DNA of 64,000 nucleotides from Thermodesulfobacteriota bacterium (GTDB taxonomy: Bacteria > Desulfobacterota > Desulfobacteria > Desulfobacterales > C00003060). Location of the stretch: assembly GCA_034189385.1 (NCBI GenBank), contig JAXHVD010000014.1, positions 60,050-124,049 of the forward strand. The letters are read 5' to 3'. The notes under the pieces were generated by a model, which worked only from the letters and a program-made list of their open reading frames with translations, did not search any database and was not told the DNA's origin. Of the stretch, positions 57,526-64,000 are shown in pieces. Numbering within the stretch: the first letter of the stretch is position 1; every line of letters begins with the position of its first letter. Position numbers and translations under genes: made by a program.

Positions 57526-59562
57526 ATGAGCTCCAGGAAAAAGAAGATAAGAAAGAAGAAACCGCCAGCTGGCACTAGAAGATCGGGCAAGAACAAAATT
57601 GCTTTGACCAAAAACCGCATTCACATTCATAGTGAGCTCAATAGGGCTGTCCAATTTCATGAGTCAGGACAATTAAGAAAGGCAGAGAAGATATATAGGA
57701 AGATCCTTAAGATCAATCCAAATCATCCAGATTGTCTTGACCTTCTCGGTCTTGTTACCCAGAGAATTGGCAGAATTGAGAAAGCTGCATATTTGATCAA
57801 TAGGGCCATACAACAGGATCCGGAAAATCCGCTTTATTACAATGACCTTGGTAATGTGCTTCAAGAACAGGGCAAATTAAGTGAAGCGATTTGCTGTTAT
57901 GAAAAAGTCCTGCACTTGGAACCAGAAGTGTGGGACTTGGTCGGAGCCTACTACAACATGGGTAACACTTTTCAAAAGCAGGCCAAGTTAGGTGAGGCGA
58001 TTTCCTCCTATCAAAAAGCGCTACAGTTAGAACAGCAGTCTCCGTTGTTGGTCGACATATACAATAACATGGGGAGTTGCTTCAAGGAACTGGAACAGTT
58101 AAGCCAGGCGGTCTCTTGTTATCAAAAAGTCCTACAGCTCAAACCCGATTACTTCGAAGTGCACAACAACCTGGCAATGGTCCTTAATGATTTGGGGAAA
58201 CATGAAGAGGCAATGGCATTATGTAAGCGAGCGATAGAGCTCAAGCCTGATTACGCTGAGGCCTACTGCAACCTGGCCATCATCCTGGACGCCATGGGAA
58301 AACATGAAGAGGCAATAGCATCGTGTAGGCGAGCGATAGAGCTCAAGCAAAACTTCACTGAAGCAAGTGGAATCCTGGCTCATCTGTTCGAACAAACAAA
58401 CCGCATGAATGAGGCTAAAGAAATCGCAAATAAGGCTTTGCAGCTGGACTCAAATGCTTCATTGCCGACGTTGGTAGTTGCAAGGCTGGAAAGACGTGAA
58501 GGCAATATCAAAAATGCGCTCTCTCGACTTCAAAACCCAACTCTCAAGTCGCCAAATGCGTCAATACATGCTGCCGTCATATATGAAACAGGAATTCTGT
58601 ATGATCGTCTTGGAGCATACGACAAAGCATTTGAATGCTTTTCCCAGGCCAATGCCGTCGTATCCCAAACAGCAATTGCAAAGCAAATCGACAAGAGCTC
58701 AGTAATTCGTCACATATCCCAGTTGAAGTCTCTTTTTTCAGAACCTGCAGTTGACTCCTGGAATTCTTCGGCAAGCGCTAGCAAGACGCCAGATCCTGTT
58801 TTTATTGTAGGCTTTCCCAGATCCGGCACGACATTACTAGACCAGATTCTGGGTGCGCGTCCTAAGGTCCAAACCCTTGAGGAAAAACCTCTTGTTGCAG
58901 CAATGATACGTAGATTCCACGAACATCGATACGAATATCCCGGTGATCTGGCGAAGATGGGTGCTGACGTTATTGAAGATCTGAGAAACGTATATTTCGT
59001 CAAAGCATCAGAGTTTGTGGCAGCTCCATACGAAGGTACATTGGTAGACAAATTGCCTTTGAATATCATCGATATTGGATTAATTCACAGAGTCTTCCCC
59101 AAATCAAAAATCATATTTGCTTCACGCCATCCTTATGACGTTTGTCTCAGCTGTTTAATGCAAAACTTCAAATTGAATGACTATATGGTCCACTTTTTAG
59201 AGCTGGAAGATGCAGCAAAATTATATGATGCTGTTATGGGGCTATGGATCACATATGTAAACACCTTTTCGGTGAATCTTCACGTGATCAAGTACGAACA
59301 TCTAATAGACGACTTCGACAAAGAGACCAAGAGTCTTTTCAATTTTCTTCAGATTCCATGGGACCAGTCCGTTCGGGATTACATTTCGCACGCTGAATCC
59401 AAAAGTCGCATCTATACGCCGAGTTATCACCAAGTCGTGGAACCTTTGTACACACGTTCCATGTACCGGTGGAGGAAATATGTTGAGCCTTTGAGGCCCA
59501 TATTGAATGTGTTGAGGCCCCATGTGGAAAGATTCGGCTATGATCTCGTCACTGAAATATGA
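57526..59562 (+). CDS. TPR-repeat protein with C-terminal sulfotransferase domain
   Basis: Multiple TPRs; FIVGFPRSGTTL PAPS motif, DKLPLN, RHPYDVCLS, TPSYHQV. Confidence 0.92.
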   Translation: MSSRKKKIRKKKPPAGTRRSGKNKIALTKNRIHIHSELNRAVQFHESGQLRKAEKIYRKILKINPNHPDCLDLLGLVTQRIGRIEKAAYLINRAIQQDPENPLYYNDLGNVLQEQGKLSEAICCYEKVLHLEPEVWDLVGAYYNMGNTFQKQAKLGEAISSYQKALQLEQQSPLLVDIYNNMGSCFKELEQLSQAVSCYQKVLQLKPDYFEVHNNLAMVLNDLGKHEEAMALCKRAIELKPDYAEAYCNLAIILDAMGKHEEAIASCRRAIELKQNFTEASGILAHLFEQTNRMNEAKEIANKALQLDSNASLPTLVVARLERREGNIKNALSRLQNPTLKSPNASIHAAVIYETGILYDRLGAYDKAFECFSQANAVVSQTAIAKQIDKSSVIRHISQLKSLFSEPAVDSWNSSASASKTPDPVFIVGFPRSGTTLLDQILGARPKVQTLEEKPLVAAMIRRFHEHRYEYPGDLAKMGADVIEDLRNVYFVKASEFVAAPYEGTLVDKLPLNIIDIGLIHRVFPKSKIIFASRHPYDVCLSCLMQNFKLNDYMVHFLELEDAAKLYDAVMGLWITYVNTFSVNLHVIKYEHLIDDFDKETKSLFNFLQIPWDQSVRDYISHAESKSRIYTPSYHQVVEPLYTRSMYRWRKYVEPLRPILNVLRPHVERFGYDLVTEI

Positions 59563-59775
59563 ACTTCAACGAAGTTCAGAAGCTTCCAAAGCTTGTGGTA
59601 TTCGCTAAAAATCCGCAGTAAAATCATTTGCCCTGAATTGACCTACCCTTATGATTACTGCCGCGCCCCGTTCCATTGATTACTGGATCGAATACCCGCA
59701 AACAGCTTTTAGGGCCTACCGGTCTTTTATGCGCAATTTTCAATGAACTCTGTGCCTTTTTCGGTGCAATACTGG

Positions 59776-60549
59776 CTATCTTAAAATCTGGCCAGGATTC
59801 TGCATCATGTACTTCATCAGAGCGATGGGGTGTTCTCCTTTCCCGGGCATATCAGTGGATTGAAGCCGCCTTAATGCCCTTTCAATATCGACCTCGGCGT
59901 AACCGTTTGCCACAAGCAGGTAGTAGTGATTCCTTTCGCTCGTTCTCATGGCCAGGGATTGTATATTTGCAATATATGACCGAATATATTCGCCCTTAGG
60001 TGGTGCTAGAAAGTGGCACCCAAAATACTCTTTTTTAGGACCGGACGCCGATAGAACCATGGACAATTTCGTCTCAAGCAGATCTACAAGCTTGTCCCCC
60101 TCAGGCATATCTACGGGGTAATCCCCGATGGCTTCAGCCACAAAAGCGAGGACCCATTCTGTAAGACGATCATCTTTGGTGAGAATTGCTTCAAAGATGC
60201 CATAGGCATTAGGAACAGGAAAGTTACTGCTGCCAAGTGCTTTGGCGGCAAATATTAAAATCATTTGGTCGATTCGCGGATTATCATTTCTCTTGTTTAT
60301 CAGCGACACCATCAACTGATCAATGTGAGGAATTTCATGCTCAGTTTGTACCATAGCCTGATAGCTTTGCATCAGGGTGTCATAATCAATGGTTTTTCCG
60401 TTAGCTTTAAGGGTATCACGGATTTCGATATAAATTTCCCAACCCGGATGAATAGGTGTCGGCCTATGTTCCTCTTTGAATTGTTGAATCCCCGCACAAG
60501 AGACCAAAAAGAATCCCCAAAGAATAAAGATAACAGGTGATCGCATCAT
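59776..60549 (-). CDS. Hypothetical helical lipoprotein
   Basis: Lipobox LVSC after a hydrophobic stretch; 257 aa ORF. Confidence 0.7.
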   Translation of the reverse strand: MMRSPVIFILWGFFLVSCAGIQQFKEEHRPTPIHPGWEIYIEIRDTLKANGKTIDYDTLMQSYQAMVQTEHEIPHIDQLMVSLINKRNDNPRIDQMILIFAAKALGSSNFPVPNAYGIFEAILTKDDRLTEWVLAFVAEAIGDYPVDMPEGDKLVDLLETKLSMVLSASGPKKEYFGCHFLAPPKGEYIRSYIANIQSLAMRTSERNHYYLLVANGYAEVDIERALRRLQSTDMPGKGEHPIALMKYMMQNPGQILR

Positions 60550-60960
60550 CTAACTGTCCCTGAAAAGGTTCGGACTGACTTGTATGATTGCATCAACAAT
60601 TAGACCACAAAAGGCACAATTGGAAACAACTCCCATACTACCACCATGGCCAAACAACCCGCAAAGACATTAACCCTAGTCTCGCACCCTCTGTCAGGGT
60701 TTAATGCCACAAAAGTACTACACATCGTGGTAATAATAGTAGTAAAAAGCTACCTTTTGTGGTATGTGTAAGTCTGCGAAAAGAAAACACAACGCCACGA
60801 AAGGAGCCCGTGACAGCGCTTACCACAGAATGCAAGAAGTTCAAAGGGGAAATTGAAAACTATGGCGTAAATGCACAAAAAAAAGTTCGATTCCAAGGTG
60901 AACAGGGTCTTTTCTTGTCTCAATTTGAAGACCTCTTTGTGCCGATATAGGGAGATTAAA

Positions 60961-61311
60961 ATGATTCGCATCCCAACCCATAGAGCACCGACCCATCCTG
61001 GGGAGATGCTTCTTGAAGAATTCTTGAACCCAATGGATCTTGCACAGCGACAACTGGTCGATGCCATCCATGTGCCCTACCAGAGGATCAATGAAATCGT
61101 CAACGGACGCCGCGGAATAACCCCGAGCACGGCCTTGAGACTTTCAAAGTTCTTTGGCATGTCCCCTGATCTCTGGATGAATCTACAGCTTCGGTGGGAT
61201 CTATATTTTGCCCAGAAATCCGAAATCGATGAGTTCAGAAATATCAGGCCGCTTTCACCGCCGGAAGCCCGTGTTCGTGGATCCGGCTCCCATCAGACCG
61301 CGAGACAGTGA
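60961..61311 (+). CDS. higA: HigA-family antitoxin (HTH), apparently orphan
   Basis: GGGAGA RBS; PTHPGEMLLEEFL, QRINEIVNGRRGITPSTALRL, WMNLQ. Confidence 0.92.
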   Translation: MIRIPTHRAPTHPGEMLLEEFLNPMDLAQRQLVDAIHVPYQRINEIVNGRRGITPSTALRLSKFFGMSPDLWMNLQLRWDLYFAQKSEIDEFRNIRPLSPPEARVRGSGSHQTARQ

Positions 61312-61769
61312 TCGTCACTTCGCAACGAACTGTCGGCTTAGCGTTGATAGCCGACTCTCACTATTGCCATGCACACACAACTCTTTGAAGGACCCATTTT
61401 TTTGGGTATTCAGGCGATTTCTTTGCTGCCATGCCAAAGGCGGAGTCATTTCAGCCCTGCCTTCGCAATTAAGAAAGCCCACATCTTGTGGCGACACCCT
61501 TCAGCCCAGGGCTTCCTGAGATGTTAAGTTTGTGTTGTCTATCTTCAGCACTTGTTTGATCACGCCTATTGGGAATATGGCCTCTGCTCCCGGCACTTGA
61601 CAGGGCCGGGAGCAGATCTATTGAACCTGGCCTTTTGAAAGTCCCCGTTTTTTGTGATATCTTCTGTTGTCACCGTAATACATGGATGAAGTCGCCTTTT
61701 GACAAATAGTGACGGAAACCATGGAAGACGAAATGTATCAAAGAAGACGGCGGAGCTCTTGATCAAGAA

Positions 61770-62816
61770 ATGGGACTATTGATACTCTATCTGTCTATTG
61801 CCATATTCTTCTCGTTCCTATGTTCACTCCTGGAATCGATGTTGCTCTCGGTCCCCCACTCTTATGCAGTGACTCTGGCAAAGAACAATCCCAGAACGGG
61901 ACGCAGACTCGATCGGTTGAAACGAGACATTGATAGACCTCTGGCTGCAATTCTCAGCTTAAATACCATTGCGCACACAGTGGGGGCAGTCGGAGTGGGT
62001 GCCGAATCGGCAAAGTTGTTTGGCAGCGCGTCCGTCGGTGTTGCTTCAGCCATATTGACACTGCTCATTTTGGTTCTGTCTGAGATTATCCCAAAGACTC
62101 TAGGCGCATTGTATTGTCGACAGCTCGCTCCAGTTGGGACCTTCATGATCCATTGGCTTATCTGGTTCCTTTATCCCTTGGTTCTCCTTTCTCAAAAAAT
62201 CACCCAGTTGTTAGTTGGCCGAAGACAGCCTTCCATGGTCAGTCGGGAAGAGTTAGGGGCCCTTGCAGAGATGGGAGTTAAGGAAGGTGAAGTCCTGGAA
62301 TCTGAGTCGCGAATCCTCCAAAACGTGATGCGCTTTAGTTCACTGAGAGCTAAGGATATTATGACGCCACGTTCGGTTCTGTTTACACTCCCGGAAGACA
62401 TGACCATTGGAAAAATCGTCGACGATATGATCGAATTGCGATTTTCCCGGATTCCCATCCATCCTCTGGTGGGAGAAGGTATCGATTACTACGTTCTCAG
62501 GAGTGAGGTTCTTTTGGCCGCAGCTCACGATGAGAGAGAAAAGACATTACTTCAATTAGGTCGAAAAATCCTCGTTGTCCCCGAAACGGTCTCGTTGCAA
62601 CGCTTATTTGACAACTTGCTACAGCGGAGGGAACTCATTACTCTCATAGTGGATGAACATGGCGGCGTTTCTGGCGTCGTCACTATGGAGGATATTTTGG
62701 AGACCATCGTAGGCATTGAAGTCGTTGACGAAACGGATGAAACGGCAGATTTGCAGCGGCTGGCCCGACAGCGATGGGAAAAACGTGCCAGATTGCTGGG
62801 GTTAATTTCAGATTGA
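61770..62816 (+). CDS. CNNM (DUF21)-CBS domain membrane protein (CorB/HlyC family)
   Basis: FSFLCSLLE, AILSLNTIAHT, SEIIPKTLG, IMTPR, FSRIP, VDEHGG..G.VTMED. Confidence 0.92.
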   Translation: MGLLILYLSIAIFFSFLCSLLESMLLSVPHSYAVTLAKNNPRTGRRLDRLKRDIDRPLAAILSLNTIAHTVGAVGVGAESAKLFGSASVGVASAILTLLILVLSEIIPKTLGALYCRQLAPVGTFMIHWLIWFLYPLVLLSQKITQLLVGRRQPSMVSREELGALAEMGVKEGEVLESESRILQNVMRFSSLRAKDIMTPRSVLFTLPEDMTIGKIVDDMIELRFSRIPIHPLVGEGIDYYVLRSEVLLAAAHDEREKTLLQLGRKILVVPETVSLQRLFDNLLQRRELITLIVDEHGGVSGVVTMEDILETIVGIEVVDETDETADLQRLARQRWEKRARLLGLISD

Positions 62817-62874
62817 ACCCTCCCCGTGGTTTGACTTCGCCGAGCTCAGTCGAGTCGCCACGGGGAGGGTTCAA
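62813..62874. repeat. Short derivative of family A: perfect 17 bp arms around a nested hairpin
   Basis: TTGAACCCTCCCCGTGG / CCACGGGGAGGGTTCAA; supplies the TGA stop of the CNNM gene. Confidence 0.85.
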
Positions 62875-62956
62875 CAGCTGATATTTTTTGCTATTCTCGA
62901 CAAATCTTCTTGCAACATCGCTTTTTCCACAGGCCCCTTGGCTTTCAAAAATCACC

Positions 62957-62985
62957 TTGACATTAAAACGCTATAACGTCATAAT
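62957..62985 (+). promoter_or_regulatory. Sigma70 promoter of the TA operon
   Basis: TTGACA-17 bp-CATAAT; short repeats ACGCTATA/ACGTCATA overlap it (possible operator). Confidence 0.7.
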
Positions 62986-63012
62986 GTCCCCAAAATGCAT
63001 GGAGGTGAGATC

Positions 63013-63246
63013 ATGGCCACACCCGCCAAACGTGCCACGATTTATTTAGACCCCATTATACACAAGGCATTGAAATTAAAAGCGGTTGAGACCTCTCGAT
63101 CGGTGTCTGATCTTGTTAATGCGGCTGTTAGAGAGGCCCTTGCCGAAGATGCTGAGGATCTTGCTGCGTTCGAAGAAAGGGAGAAAGAGCCTCTGCTCAG
63201 TTATGATGAGATGTTGAAGAGGCTGAAAAAAGATGGCCGGATATAG
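63013..63246 (+). CDS. RHH/CopG-type antitoxin
   Basis: GGAGGT RBS; KRATIYLDP..HKALKLKA..SVSDLVNAAVREAL; acidic C-terminus; overlaps the toxin start. Confidence 0.88.
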   Translation: MATPAKRATIYLDPIIHKALKLKAVETSRSVSDLVNAAVREALAEDAEDLAAFEEREKEPLLSYDEMLKRLKKDGRI

Positions 63247-63490
63247 GGTCTTTTTCAAAAGTTCCGTGGAAAAAGATCTTGCGGGCATTCCGAAAAAGGA
63301 TGTGAAGAGAATCCTCCATCGCATCAAGACCCTTGGGGACAACCCGCGGCCGTCAGGTTGCGAAAAATTGACTGGTCAAGAAAGGTATCGACTGCGACAG
63401 GGACGATACCGAATCATCTATTCAATTCAGGATGATGAATTGACTGTCTGGGTTGTGAAGGTCGGCCACCGGAAAAGGATTTATCGCTGA
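63233..63490 (+). CDS. RelE/StbE-family toxin
   Basis: NPRPSGCEKLTG..YRLRQGRYRIIYSI..VVKVGHR. Confidence 0.92.
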   Translation: MAGYRVFFKSSVEKDLAGIPKKDVKRILHRIKTLGDNPRPSGCEKLTGQERYRLRQGRYRIIYSIQDDELTVWVVKVGHRKRIYR

Positions 63491-63666
63491 AGCTTGCTCC
63501 TATCCGTACCTGCCTTTTAGGCTACATCCCTCAAAAAAAACATTGCTATTAACGAAGACTATAGGTCTTATAACCTGACTTTCAAAGTTAGGGCAATCAT
63601 CTAAAGTTCAATAAAATCAATATAATGAGCTTCTGCCAACTGGCTTTAAACCATCTCCCGCCATCC

Positions 63667-63999
63667 CTATCCCACACCCACCGGAAGGTCTAGCCCAACA
63701 TCCACCACTTCCCAGGCCGACATATCATTTTGAAATTGCAAGTGTTCCTTGAATTGTGGTACGGGGAGGCGTCTGTTTCTGTCAAAGGATAGATAATCTT
63801 TGAGTCTTGCCGGTTGTTTTTCGGTGTACTCTTGACAAGTTATCCGCACTGGGTCTCTGTGCGATGCGAGTTGCCATAAGGGCAGGCTATACGTAACAAA
63901 GGCTGGTTTTTCTAGTTCTTTAGGTGGGTTAGATAATGTTATTCTGCCCCAGGTTCTAGTCTCTGTCAAGCCCTTTCTGTGGGGTAGCCGATTTGTCTT
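63667..63999 (-). CDS. C-terminal part of an unidentified gene running in from beyond the window
   Basis: Frame is open to the window edge (KTNRLPHRKGLTETRTWGR...); no family recognised. Confidence 0.45.
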   Translation of the reverse strand, partial: KTNRLPHRKGLTETRTWGRITLSNPPKELEKPAFVTYSLPLWQLASHRDPVRITCQEYTEKQPARLKDYLSFDRNRRLPVPQFKEHLQFQNDMSAWEVVDVGLDLPVGVG

Positions 64000-64000
64000 A

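Noticed and set aside
60759..60950. Short ORF upstream of higA as a HigB toxin
   Set aside because: No RelE/HigB-like motifs and too short
63667..64000. Terminal ORF as a Cas5-like protein
   Set aside because: Only a vague impression from the C-terminus; no diagnostic motif, other cas genes or array in the window
1..64000. CRISPR array, tRNA, rRNA, integron attC array, intact transposase or integrase
   Set aside because: No regularly spaced repeats or recognisable RNA-gene or recombinase signatures found by eye

Overview
Bacterial chromosomal window, most likely from a Desulfobacterota (deltaproteobacterial) genome. This is inferred from the lpxC-DUF4390-ntrY-ntrX-rsmD-coaD-LysR-nrdJ block and the intergenic palindromic repeats. 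From left to right: the end of a classical menaquinone operon (menA-menC-menE plus a hotdog thioesterase); a TraB/GumN protein; a secreted clan-A glycoside-hydrolase-like protein; a trehalose operon (DUF5752-treT-otsB-otsA); a four-gene export-like locus (degenerate HD-GYP, ExeA-like ATPase, FG-GAP/Wza fusion, Wzc); and the housekeeping block. Next is a ~22 kb NRPS cluster (31104-53359), the most unusual element of the window. It encodes an oxalate-CoA-ligase-like domain fused to a carrier protein, three single-module C-A-PCP proteins (the last with an HHxxxDE C domain and a Cys-nucleophile TE), and a double-hotdog dehydratase-A(FkbM-MT)-PCP protein whose A domain lacks the amino-binding Asp. 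It also has a complete FkbH/I/J/K hydroxymalonyl-ACP-type cassette with no PKS in the window, MbtH, an Sfp PPTase and a BKACE (DUF849) enzyme. An accessory tail follows (peroxiredoxin, transglutaminase-like, TPR-sulfotransferase, orphan HigA, CNNM/CBS protein, RHH-RelE TA pair). Several MITE/REP-like families occur, often nested in each other's hairpin loops. All calls come from motif recognition by eye; no database searches were run. No rRNA, tRNA or CRISPR array was seen.
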